The notes beneath the pieces were generated by a model. The model was not told the DNA's origin and did not search any database. It saw only the letters and a program-made list of their open reading frames with translations. This document shows, piece after piece, positions 1 to 9,044 of a stretch of 32,000 bases of DNA (its first letter is position 1; the number at the start of each line of letters is the position of its first letter). The stretch comes from an uncultured Fibrobacteraceae bacterium (GTDB taxonomy: Bacteria; Fibrobacterota; Chitinivibrionia; Chitinivibrionales; Chitinispirillaceae), in assembly GCA_963735155.1 (NCBI GenBank), contig CAVTJU010000001.1, positions 216,223-248,222 on the forward strand, in the 5' to 3' direction. Position numbers and translations under genes: made by a program.

Positions 1-177
1 AAAAAGTATTTGGATGAAAAGCTGACAGAAAATAGCAACATAATTGTGATGGCTCATGGTCTGAGCAATTTTACCTTAGGAAGAGAATTGAAAAGAGATA
101 ATTGGGAAATTTTGGAAAGTGTAAATGGAAACAAATTCTGGTCATATAAGAAATATTACAAGATGTTTCAGAGTTAG
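1..177 (+). CDS. 3' end of a CDS cut by the window edge; possible histidine-phosphatase-like C-terminus
   Basis: Frame 1 is open from base 1 to TAG at 175-177, giving KKYLDEKLTENSNIIVMAHGLSNFTLGRELKRDNWEILESVNGNKFWSYKKYYKMFQS. The I-V-M-A-H-G segment resembles the second His region of phosphatases. Family call is tentative. Confidence 0.4.
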   Translation, partial: KKYLDEKLTENSNIIVMAHGLSNFTLGRELKRDNWEILESVNGNKFWSYKKYYKMFQS

Positions 178-522
178 TATTGGACGCCAAATTAAGATAA
201 AGGCCCTTATGTTACTATTGCTGCAGAATTAGTGATGAATAGACAATTAAATCATCTATAGTGAAAAAATCGGTATTTTTCAAATTTTATCTGCTTTATT
301 TTTCATCAATTCAGTACTCTATAACATAAAATATTTATATCCCGCCTCGGTTGTTTATTTCACATTTGATATAGTGCTCATTACGAAGAGCGGTTTTTAC
401 ATCATAATATCTGATAGTTATTTGGATTACGATGATTATTGTTTATACTATGTATAAGAGCTGCTCACAGAAAAACTCAAATATCCATAATGACTGAATC
501 TGCTTTGTCGTACTTGAAAATT

Positions 523-747
523 CTAAGCCTGGGTTTTCATATATATAAAAAGGTCTTCAACCTTTTTTCTTGCCCAGGGGGTGGTCCTTAGAAATTTTAA
601 ACTCGATTTAATACTAGGATTATTTGTGAAACACTTAATGCGAATCATCTCGCTTAAAGCTTCCCAGCCATAATGTTTAACAAGTTCATTGAGCATATTT
701 TCAAGAGTAACACCGTGAAGCGGATCATTGTTTTGAGCGCAGATCAT
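523..747 (-). CDS. VF530/DUF2132 family small putative DNA-binding protein
   Basis: 74 aa with [62 protein letters not shown], the hallmark of this family. Confidence 0.9.
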   Translation of the reverse strand: MICAQNNDPLHGVTLENMLNELVKHYGWEALSEMIRIKCFTNNPSIKSSLKFLRTTPWARKKVEDLFIYMKTQA

Positions 748-910
748 TTTTTCTCTTCATTTTAAGTTTTTGATATTTTATAAAATACTAAAAATATATG
801 TAAAAATGCATTCAATCTTTTCGGTAATTTAAATTTGTGGTTTAGCAAAATTTGAAGAGATTGTAAGGAAATCAGGGTATCAAAGCAATTTATAAATAAT
901 GATTTCAGAG

Positions 911-2674
911 TTAATTTGTTTTGGTTTTACAATTAGCTGGGACTGTGAAGAAAAAAGTACTGCCTTCTCCCAGTTTAGATTTTACCCAGATAGTACCGCC
1001 GTGTGCCTGAATTATCTCTTTGGAAATAGATAGCCCAAGCCCGCTCCCCTTAGTTTTACTGGATCGGTTGTTTTTCCCCCGATAAAAACGATCGAAAATT
1101 TTGGGTATATCATCTTCTGCAATTCCACTGCCAGTGTCCTGAACAGCGACAAGAAATTCTGAGTTTTTCATATCGATGCAGACGGTGATTTTTCCACCTG
1201 CGCCGGTGTGATGAATTGCGTTATATAGTAAGTTAAGATAGACCTGTTTTAATTTTTCTTTGTCGCCATGAATTTTGGGAAGCGAGCTGCAATTGACCTG
1301 ATAGGAAACACTGATCGCTGGAGGAATCCGCATCGCATTAATAGTTTCTTTTGTGAGTTCGATGATATCAAATTCTTCTATATTAAGTTCAGCCGACTTT
1401 TTTTCAATTCTTGCGATATCCAGTAAATTGGTAACAAGTTTGGATAATCTGATCCCTTCTGATTCTATTATATGAAGGTAGCGTTCTCGTTCTTCATTGT
1501 CAATATGTATGTCTTTTGATAAGAGTGTCTGAGTAAACCCGATAATACTGATAAGAGGGGTTCGAAGTTCATGCGAAGCCAATGAGACGAATTCGTTTTT
1601 TTGTTCATTGAGCATTTTAAGTTGACTGTTAGCTTCTTCAAGCTCACGATTTGCTCTTTTTAGCTCTTCATTGATTTTAAGGATATCATTCGCATACTTT
1701 TCAATCTTTTCCTGATAATTTTTTAATTCAGTGATATCTGTATGTGTGCCGATCATTCGCATTGGAACTCCGGTATTAGTAAATTGAATTACCTTTCCTG
1801 AGGAAAGAATCCATTTCCAGTCTCCTGTGCGAGTTCGCATACGGTATTCACTTTTGAGAACAGATCTTTTGCCTTTTAAACATGCATTGAAAGAGCTAAG
1901 CGTTTTTTCCTTATCATCTGGATGCAACCAGTTAATAATCATTTCAAGTGAAACATGAAGCTCTCCGGGGTTGTAGCCAAGCATTGTTTCCCATTCAGGG
2001 CTGACAGTAATAGACCCGGTAAAAAAATCGAAATCGAATAAACCCTGATTTGCGGCCATAAGTGCCAGGCGCAACCTTTCTTCACTGACACGCAGTTCTT
2101 CCAATGCCTGTTTACGAATGGAAATGTCGGTAACCATATTCAAGATACCGGTAAAGTGTTTTTTTGAGTCAGTCAGTGGAGTTGCGGAAACAAAGGTCCA
2201 AAGTACATTACCCTTGTTGTTAACGAATCTGGTCTCATAAGTTTGTGGAGTGCCATTTTTCAGAGATTCAAGCAGCTCATTGAAATGCGGTTTATCTTCT
2301 TCAAAAATAAATTTACATATTTGCTGTCCGGGTAATTCATAAATCGTACATCCGAGTAAAAAAGACATGTGGTTATTAACAAAAGATATCCTAAGATTTT
2401 CATCAAGGACAAGAATGCCTTCATGTGCAGTATCGACGATTTGCCTGTATTTTTCTTCGCTTTCTTTGATTCGCAAACGAGCGGCTTCAAGATCTTCGAG
2501 AATGTTAAGCAGTGCAGTGGTTCTTTGATCCTGAAAATCTTTGATCTCATTTAGTTCGTCAATTTGTCTTTGCAGTTGAGGATAATAACTTTTTTTGAGA
2601 GATTTTTCACCCAACCCGATGATCTGCTCTCTTCGAGTTCTATTATCAGGATCGGAATCAGAGTGCATTTTCAT
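911..2674 (-). CDS. PAS-domain sensor histidine kinase
   Basis: PAS repeats (YRQIVDTAHEGILVLDENLR; WEWILSSGKVIQF), H-box SLASHELRTPLISIIGF, N-box NLLYNAIHH, G-boxes DTGSGIAEDD and GSGLGLSISKEII. Start placed at 2674 (GAGGAG then ATG) rather than the 2839 of the ORF track. Confidence 0.9.
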   Translation of the reverse strand: MKMHSDSDPDNRTRREQIIGLGEKSLKKSYYPQLQRQIDELNEIKDFQDQRTTALLNILEDLEAARLRIKESEEKYRQIVDTAHEGILVLDENLRISFVNNHMSFLLGCTIYELPGQQICKFIFEEDKPHFNELLESLKNGTPQTYETRFVNNKGNVLWTFVSATPLTDSKKHFTGILNMVTDISIRKQALEELRVSEERLRLALMAANQGLFDFDFFTGSITVSPEWETMLGYNPGELHVSLEMIINWLHPDDKEKTLSSFNACLKGKRSVLKSEYRMRTRTGDWKWILSSGKVIQFTNTGVPMRMIGTHTDITELKNYQEKIEKYANDILKINEELKRANRELEEANSQLKMLNEQKNEFVSLASHELRTPLISIIGFTQTLLSKDIHIDNEERERYLHIIESEGIRLSKLVTNLLDIARIEKKSAELNIEEFDIIELTKETINAMRIPPAISVSYQVNCSSLPKIHGDKEKLKQVYLNLLYNAIHHTGAGGKITVCIDMKNSEFLVAVQDTGSGIAEDDIPKIFDRFYRGKNNRSSKTKGSGLGLSISKEIIQAHGGTIWVKSKLGEGSTFFFTVPANCKTKTN

Positions 2675-3806
2675 ATATCTCCTCGATATCTTGTATCGAA
2701 GGTTCTTTAGGATTGGTTGCGGTACAAGGGTCATAATACGCATGTTTAGCACAAAATGGAATATCGTTTTTTTGTACTCCCATATCGGAAAGAGATTTAG
2801 TAACTCCGACCTCTCTTTTAAAAGAGATGATACTCTCAATTAACCTCTGTTTTTTTTGATTATAGGTGAGACCTTTACAATCGATGCCTATAGCTTCAGC
2901 AATATGACAATACTGTTCAGCAGCACTGTCGAAATTGTAATTGATGACATGCTCAAGCATAACCGCATTGCATTCGCCATGGGCAAGATCGTATTTGCCA
3001 CCCAGACTATGGGTCATGGCATGAACTAAGCCAAGGCTGGCATTTGAAAACGCGAGTCCGGCTAGTAAACTGCCTAACATCATGAAATTGCGGTAATCCA
3101 CTTCAGTGGGATATTCCGCAGCCTTTGGAAGAGCTTTCTTGACCAATCGTAAAGCCTCAAATGCATGCATGTCAGTAACAGGTGAGTTTGCATTGGAGAC
3201 AATTGCCTCGATACCGTGGGTGAAAGCATCCATTCCGGTATTTACAGTTAATTCCTTTGGCATTGTAGTAGAAGTCAATGGATCAATAAGCGCGGCATCG
3301 GGTACGATTGCTTTACTGATTATAGCTATTTTCAACAGGCTTTCTGAATCGGTGATGATCGCAAATTGGGATACATCAGCAGAAGATCCAGCGGTAGTAG
3401 GCACGCAAATCAGTGGTGGACTAGGTAATGAGATTTTGTCAACTCCAGCAAACCTTAGAATGTGTTCATCATTACTTGTTACAATACCTATACCCTTTGC
3501 ACAATCCATTGGGCTTCCACCACCAACAGCGATTATTATATTACATTGCTTTTGAAGATAAAGTTCTGCTCCTGACATCACCTCATAGTCTCTGGGATTA
3601 GGTGAAACATCAGAGAAAATTTCATATTTAATACCCTCTCGTTCCAGTACGGCTTGAATTTTTCCGGCCCAGCCATAAGAAATTACTCCCGAATCAGTGA
3701 CAAGAAGAGCCTTTTTTACACCAAGATTTTGGGCATATTGAGGTACTAAATCAATTGCACCTTCGCCCAAAACAAATTCCGGTATGACAAATTTTCTTGG
3801 TTCCAT
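2658..3806 (-). CDS. Iron-containing alcohol dehydrogenase
   Basis: 382 aa; GGGSPMDCAKGIGI, TTAGTSADVSQFAIITD, NTGMDAFTHGIEAIVSN, HAMTHSLGGKYDLAHGECNAVMLEHVINYN (metal-binding His residues). Confidence 0.92.
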   Translation of the reverse strand: MEPRKFVIPEFVLGEGAIDLVPQYAQNLGVKKALLVTDSGVISYGWAGKIQAVLEREGIKYEIFSDVSPNPRDYEVMSGAELYLQKQCNIIIAVGGGSPMDCAKGIGIVTSNDEHILRFAGVDKISLPSPPLICVPTTAGSSADVSQFAIITDSESLLKIAIISKAIVPDAALIDPLTSTTMPKELTVNTGMDAFTHGIEAIVSNANSPVTDMHAFEALRLVKKALPKAAEYPTEVDYRNFMMLGSLLAGLAFSNASLGLVHAMTHSLGGKYDLAHGECNAVMLEHVINYNFDSAAEQYCHIAEAIGIDCKGLTYNQKKQRLIESIISFKREVGVTKSLSDMGVQKNDIPFCAKHAYYDPCTATNPKEPSIQDIEEIYENAL

Positions 3807-3821
3807 ATAATCCTTTCCGGC

Positions 3822-4565
3822 TTACTTCTGCAGGCGAGTTTCCAGTTCATGGATTTTGTTTTTCAATTCGATCATCTTTAATTCCCGTCCAACAATCAAA
3901 CGTTCCATCCGTTCCAATTCAGCATTTCTTTTTCGAAGTAATTCTTCAGCTTGTTTGCGCTCAAGTATTTCATTTTTAAGATTTTCGTTCATCAAAACTA
4001 ATTCTGTAATACGTTCTTTTACTCGTGATTCCAGTTCTTCTTGTGACTTTTTTAAGTCAGTTTCCAGTTGATTTCTTTTTTCAATCTCAGATTCAAGCTG
4101 AATATTTGTGAGATGGAGTTGCTCTGCCTGTTTTTGAAGCAGCAGATTTTGGTTACGGACTTTAAGATATGTGTCGATACAGTGTAAAAGGGTATCGTTG
4201 TTTACAGGTTTAGTAACGCAATCATCTGCAATGGATAACAATTCTTTACATTTAAAGTTATCATCTATCATTAAAATTACAGGCGTTCCATAAGTATTGT
4301 CACTTGATTTTAACATACGTACCAGTTCAAATGAATCTGTTTCAGGAATGTCACTATCCAGAAAAATTAAATCAGGTGTTTTACAATGTAAATTTTTAAC
4401 ATCTTTTATTACACCTTGTAAAATTTCTACACAGAAACCCTTTTCAATAAGAATATCTTTGATGCTTTTGACAGATGAGATGCAGTAAACAATAAACAGG
4501 ATAAGAGGGACATGGTGATTCGCATTGTCTCCTAATTCGGATAGCGTATCACGAATTGTAGTCAT
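3822..4565 (-). CDS. Receiver-domain protein with a long C-terminal coiled coil and no recognisable output domain
   Basis: Receiver-like PDLIFLDSDIPETDSFELVRMLK and CVTKPV, followed by heptad-rich QLESEIEKRNQLETDLKKSQEELESRVKERITELVLMNENLKNEILERKQAEELLRKRNAELERMERL. Confidence 0.75.
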   Translation of the reverse strand: MTTIRDTLSELGDNANHHVPLILFIVYCISSVKSIKDILIEKGFCVEILQGVIKDVKNLHCKTPDLIFLDSDIPETDSFELVRMLKSSDNTYGTPVILMIDDNFKCKELLSIADDCVTKPVNNDTLLHCIDTYLKVRNQNLLLQKQAEQLHLTNIQLESEIEKRNQLETDLKKSQEELESRVKERITELVLMNENLKNEILERKQAEELLRKRNAELERMERLIVGRELKMIELKNKIHELETRLQK

Positions 4566-4980
4566 ATCGTGTTAACCAGTTTTGTATCGTGTTCAAAAAT
4601 TCTACCTGGAAAAATAGCAGCTCTACTGAAATATTATGCAATTTCAGGTTAATTCTTTATGAATTAGTGTGCACATTCCATACCAAAAGGTAATGAGAAG
4701 AGAATCTGTTTAGTTTCTGTTAAGAATTAACATACGCTCCCTCTAAATCCACCCCTTCGGGTACTTCCCCGCAGGAGGCTTTTGAGAATGCAGATCTTTG
4801 ATAATTTGGAGTTCTTACAAGTCCCTCTGCGGATTAAGGGACGATAATTTTATGTCACAAGAATACAGCTATTTTAAACAAATACTATTTAAATAAATTA
4901 AGAAAATGTGGGATAAAAAGATGTTTTAATGTTAAGAAAAGGTGGACTCTTCTCTTAAAAGAGTCCATCGGAAGAATTCT

Positions 4981-5691
4981 TTAATTGGAGTTACCAGTTG
5001 CATCCTGGATAATTTCTTTAATATCTTTGCTGCGCTTATGGAAAATGTAGGTTCCATGCTCAAAACCATTTTTGGATATGTCCCAGCCGCTCCATGAAAC
5101 AAAATCACCGTATTTATCCTTTGTATTGTAAACCGCTGTTGTTTGGTCATCAAATACCCACGTCATTACTGTATCTGATTGATCGAAATTTACCTGAACA
5201 TCTCTGAATTTATGGTAAATGGTTACATCTAGATCTGATGATCCTATTCCTATCAGCTTCAGTAGTTCAACGATAGATTTCTGGCCAGGCAGACCTTCAA
5301 GTTTCATTTCAATGGTGAATCTGTCAACATCACCATCACCAATAAACCATTCTCCAGCCGTTAAACTCAAACTGGCGTAGTTCATTACCTGGTCGATCGT
5401 TGACATTACTTTAGTATAGTTGTTGTTTCCATATACGATATGAAGAAACATGGGCCCGCCGGTTGAACTCACTTGATTGGCGCTTCCTAAATAGAATGCG
5501 GTAACGGGAAAGTTTATATCTTTTGTAATGTTTGAATCATTATCATCGTATGCTTCTGTAAGGACCCATACCCCTTCCATTTTGTCTTTTGTCGGAGTGT
5601 TCAGACTCTCAAACGGATCCCAGGAACAGTTTAAAAAAACAAGCGCTGTGACTAGTAGACAATACCTGATACTATAAATACCTTTTAACAT
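4981..5691 (-). CDS. Putative lipoprotein of unknown function
   Basis: Start at internal Met (RBS GGAG) gives MLKGIYSIRYCLLVTALVFLNCSWDPF, a lipobox-like signal. Remainder has no family I recognise. Confidence 0.55.
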   Translation of the reverse strand: MLKGIYSIRYCLLVTALVFLNCSWDPFESLNTPTKDKMEGVWVLTEAYDDNDSNITKDINFPVTAFYLGSANQVSSTGGPMFLHIVYGNNNYTKVMSTIDQVMNYASLSLTAGEWFIGDGDVDRFTIEMKLEGLPGQKSIVELLKLIGIGSSDLDVTIYHKFRDVQVNFDQSDTVMTWVFDDQTTAVYNTKDKYGDFVSWSGWDISKNGFEHGTYIFHKRSKDIKEIIQDATGNSN

Positions 5692-6111
5692 TTGTACTCT
5701 CCTTAGAAAACATAAGATCAATTCCGACCGGGAAATACATGGTTACAAATTATATCACGTGGTAAGATCACATCAAAGAAATTACAACCATCCATTTAGT
5801 AATAGGAAAAATTTTCAAAAAGAACCCTTTTTGAATATGCAACATAGTAGGGATACTCCTCTTAAATGATCTCAGTAAAGATCATGCGAACAACTCCAGA
5901 CAAAACATACCTTTAAGTTTACCATCAGCTCATGTTTATTTAAAGGGAGAATTTATTTCGCATTCCTAAACGATTTTAATTATATGCATTCGATATGAAT
6001 CAATGTGATTAGATTTTCGATTGGGATGATTTTTGCAGTTTTCAATAGTTTAATCAAATTAGTTGTAAAGTGCTGCATAGATGTGGATTACTATTATGAC
6101 TAGAACGAAAA

Positions 6112-7590
6112 ATTTCAATCATTGGAGCTGGTCCGGGAGGTCTTTCTGCAGCGATGATTCTAAGCCATAGAGGCTATGATGTTACTGTTTTTGAAAAGGA
6201 AGCTGATCCTGGTGGGAGAAATCGTGCTTTTCACCTGGGGCCCTATACGTTTAATTTCGGTCCTACATTTTTTATGCTGCCAAATGTCCTCAAAGAAATT
6301 TTTTATTTATCCGGTAAACAATTCGAAGATTATCTCGATCTAATCCGAATTGAGCCAATGTATAATCTTGCATTTGAAAACATGGCGATTCAGCACTATA
6401 ATGATCAACATAAAATGCAGCAGGAAATTGAAAATAAATTTCCAGGTAATGAAAACGCTGTCACTGATTTTTTGAATAAAGAAAAAATACGTTTTGAAAG
6501 AATGTATCCTTGCCTGAAAAAAGCATATCCTTCGATATTTAGCATGGTTTCGTTGCCATTGATTCGTGCATTGCCACAGCTATCAATATTTAAATCTCTT
6601 TTTCAGGTATTGGATCACTACTTTAATGGAGAGCAGTTGATCGTCTCTTTTACATTTCAATCCAAATATCTTGGTATGTCACCATGGAAATGTCCTGGTG
6701 CATTCGGCATAATTCCCTATATTGAACATAAATATGGAATAGATTACCTGCGAGGCGGGTTGGGTACGATCTCTGTAGCGATGTCAAAAGTTGCAGCCGA
6801 GAATGGGGCGAAAATTCGTCTGTTAACGCCTGTTCATAAGGTAGTAGTAAAAAATGGTACTGCTCAAGGGGTAGAACTTAACAACGGAGAGTTTTTTCCA
6901 TCAGATGCAGTTGTTCTCAATGCTGATTTCGGTTTTGCAATGAAGACTTTGTTTGCGCCGGGAGTAATAAAAAAATGGAAGCCGGAGAATTTACTGAAAA
7001 AAACATATTCCTGTTCTACCTTTATGCTTTATTTGGGACTTGATACACAGTACAAAGAGCACCATCATACGATACTTTTTGCAGATAATTACCGTAGCGA
7101 AATGAACAGTATCGAGAAAAATGAAAAATTGAACGAAGATTTTTCAGTATATCTCAATAATGCAAGTATTATTGATCCAACACTTGCACCGCCGGGACAT
7201 AGCGCGCTCTATATATTAGTCCCGGTTGCTAATTTAAAAAGTTCAATGCAATGGACAAAAGAGGAATGCATGGCATTTCGCAATAAGATCATAAACAGAA
7301 TAAAACTGCGCACTTCGATGAATGATATTGACCAGCATATAAAAGCAGAGTTTATCATTTCACCACGCGACTGGGAGCATAATCACAATCTCTTTATTGG
7401 GGCAACTTTTAACTTAGGTCACACTCTTAACCAGATGCTTTATTTCAGGCCACATAACCGTTTTGAAGAAGTAAACAGATTATATTTATGCGGAGGAGGA
7501 ACACATCCCGGTTCTGGCTTACCGACAATATTTGAATCTGGTCGAATCAGCTCCGATCTGATATCAAAGGATCTTCCCTTAAAAAAGTAA
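6112..7590 (+). CDS. Phytoene/diapophytoene desaturase-family FAD oxidoreductase (CrtI/CrtN type)
   Basis: In-frame ISIIGAGPGGLSAAMILSHRGYDVTVFEKEADPGGRNRAF (dinucleotide-binding motif), FGPTFFMLPNVLKEIFYLSG, C-terminal LYLCGGGTHPGSGLPTIFESGRISSDLI. The ORF track starts at ATG 6154, which omits the GxGxxG motif. See findings on the start. Confidence 0.85.
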   Translation: MSIIGAGPGGLSAAMILSHRGYDVTVFEKEADPGGRNRAFHLGPYTFNFGPTFFMLPNVLKEIFYLSGKQFEDYLDLIRIEPMYNLAFENMAIQHYNDQHKMQQEIENKFPGNENAVTDFLNKEKIRFERMYPCLKKAYPSIFSMVSLPLIRALPQLSIFKSLFQVLDHYFNGEQLIVSFTFQSKYLGMSPWKCPGAFGIIPYIEHKYGIDYLRGGLGTISVAMSKVAAENGAKIRLLTPVHKVVVKNGTAQGVELNNGEFFPSDAVVLNADFGFAMKTLFAPGVIKKWKPENLLKKTYSCSTFMLYLGLDTQYKEHHHTILFADNYRSEMNSIEKNEKLNEDFSVYLNNASIIDPTLAPPGHSALYILVPVANLKSSMQWTKEECMAFRNKIINRIKLRTSMNDIDQHIKAEFIISPRDWEHNHNLFIGATFNLGHTLNQMLYFRPHNRFEEVNRLYLCGGGTHPGSGLPTIFESGRISSDLISKDLPLKK

Positions 7591-8961
7591 ACGTCTCATT
7601 ATTGAGATCGCTTTCCATGATAATCGATAAGGAGGATATAGAAGTCGAAACTCAAATACAGATGATTTTCTCATTATACTTCGGATGTAACTGAATTGAT
7701 TAAATCCTGCCTTACCACCATATTTTCCCATACCACTGCAACCTATACCACCGAAAGGTAAACCACGCGCGACCATTAAGTGTAAAGTCCCATTATAGCA
7801 GATATTTCCTGATTTCGTCTCCTGTTCGATGCGTTTTTGTAAGTAATTACTATTTGTAAAACAATATATTGCTAAAGGTGATGGATGAGTGTTAAGGTAA
7901 TTGATTATCTCATCAAGGGAATCATAGGTAATTACAGGAAGAATCGGTCCAAAGATTTCCTCCTGCATCAAGGGACTGTCCCATTTTACATTAGTCATTA
8001 CAGTTGGAGCAATATACTTTTGTTTACGGATACACTTGCCACCAGTTACGACCTGACCACAACGGATCAGTTTCTGTAGACGATCGAAATGTGAATCATT
8101 AATGATACGTGCATAATCAGGGCTTTTTAAGGGATCGCTTCCAAACATATTTTGTATAAATAAATTTAAACAGTTAATAAATTCACGATTTTGTGTGCGA
8201 GGAATAAGGACAAAGTCTGGTGCCACACAGGTCTGGCCCGCATTGAAGAATTTCCCCCAGGCGATTCGCCTGGCAGCAGTTTTCAGGTTACAATCAGCAC
8301 TTACTATGCAAGGATTTTTCCCTCCGAGTTCTAAAGTGACCGGAATAAGGTGTTCGGCACATTGTTTCATAACAATGTGTCCGGTTCTGGTACTACCTAT
8401 AAAGAACAGATAATCAATATTTGATGAAATCAGCTTGGATGTGATTTCAGGGTTCCCAGGAACAACAGACACTTGCTCTGGTAAAAACGAGTCAGATAGT
8501 ATCGAATGAATACATTCAGCAGTTGCAGGGGTGAATTCAGAAGGTTTTAGAATGACACAATTCCCGGCGCTGATGGCATTCACTAATGGGCGCATGATAA
8601 GTCCAAAAGGATAGTTCCAGGGGCCAACGATAAGTACCGATCCGAATGGATAGGGGAATTGCCATGCTGATGCGGGTTGATTTATTAGAGGGATTCTATG
8701 AAAATGTGGACGAATCCAATTTTTCAAATTTTTGAGATTATCTTCAATTTCGTTAAGAACTGTACAAAGCTCGCTCGTGTAAATTTCGATAAGAGGTCGT
8801 TTGAAATCGGATGATAGTGCGTGAATGATTGTATTCTGATTGGAAAGGATTACGTTTTTTAGTTTTTGCAGGACATCGCGACGGTAAGTGAATTGTAAAG
8901 TTTTTCCAGTCAGGAAGAAAGTCTTTTGCATCTGTACTATATTGTTATAATCAATTTTCAT
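7579..8961 (-). CDS. Aldehyde dehydrogenase (class 3 / fatty or carotenoid aldehyde type)
   Basis: PFGSVLIVGPWNYPFGLIMRPLVNAISAGNCVILKPSE, IDYLFFIGSTRTGHIV, LELGGKNPCIV, NAGQTCVAPDFVL, QEEIFGPILPVITY. Start at 8961 with RBS GGAG. Confidence 0.9.
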   Translation of the reverse strand: MKIDYNNIVQMQKTFFLTGKTLQFTYRRDVLQKLKNVILSNQNTIIHALSSDFKRPLIEIYTSELCTVLNEIEDNLKNLKNWIRPHFHRIPLINQPASAWQFPYPFGSVLIVGPWNYPFGLIMRPLVNAISAGNCVILKPSEFTPATAECIHSILSDSFLPEQVSVVPGNPEITSKLISSNIDYLFFIGSTRTGHIVMKQCAEHLIPVTLELGGKNPCIVSADCNLKTAARRIAWGKFFNAGQTCVAPDFVLIPRTQNREFINCLNLFIQNMFGSDPLKSPDYARIINDSHFDRLQKLIRCGQVVTGGKCIRKQKYIAPTVMTNVKWDSPLMQEEIFGPILPVITYDSLDEIINYLNTHPSPLAIYCFTNSNYLQKRIEQETKSGNICYNGTLHLMVARGLPFGGIGCSGMGKYGGKAGFNQFSYIRSIMRKSSVFEFRLLYPPYRLSWKAISIMRRLLF

Positions 8962-9044
8962 TTGAGCTCCGTGAAACACTGGCCAGTCATTTGCGGTTAA
9001 AACTTTGTGATTATCAACAAGTGTGCCTTTAATGGATTAGGCTT

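Noticed and set aside
2260-2843. Several antisense ORFs (61-96 aa) over the PAS kinase, and similar shadow ORFs throughout the window
   Set aside because: They lie opposite strongly supported genes, have biased composition (for example runs of FFF and CLF), and show no recognisable domain.
3106-3555. 149-aa plus-strand ORF
   Set aside because: Fully antisense to the Fe-alcohol dehydrogenase, which has clear active-site motifs; a shadow ORF.
4741-4800. GC-richer noncoding patch CCCTCTAAATCCACCCCTTCGGGTACTTCCCCGCAGGAGGC resembling a dispersed repeat
   Set aside because: Only one copy is visible in the window and no IS ends, target duplication or clean hairpin could be shown. A genome-wide self-search would be needed.
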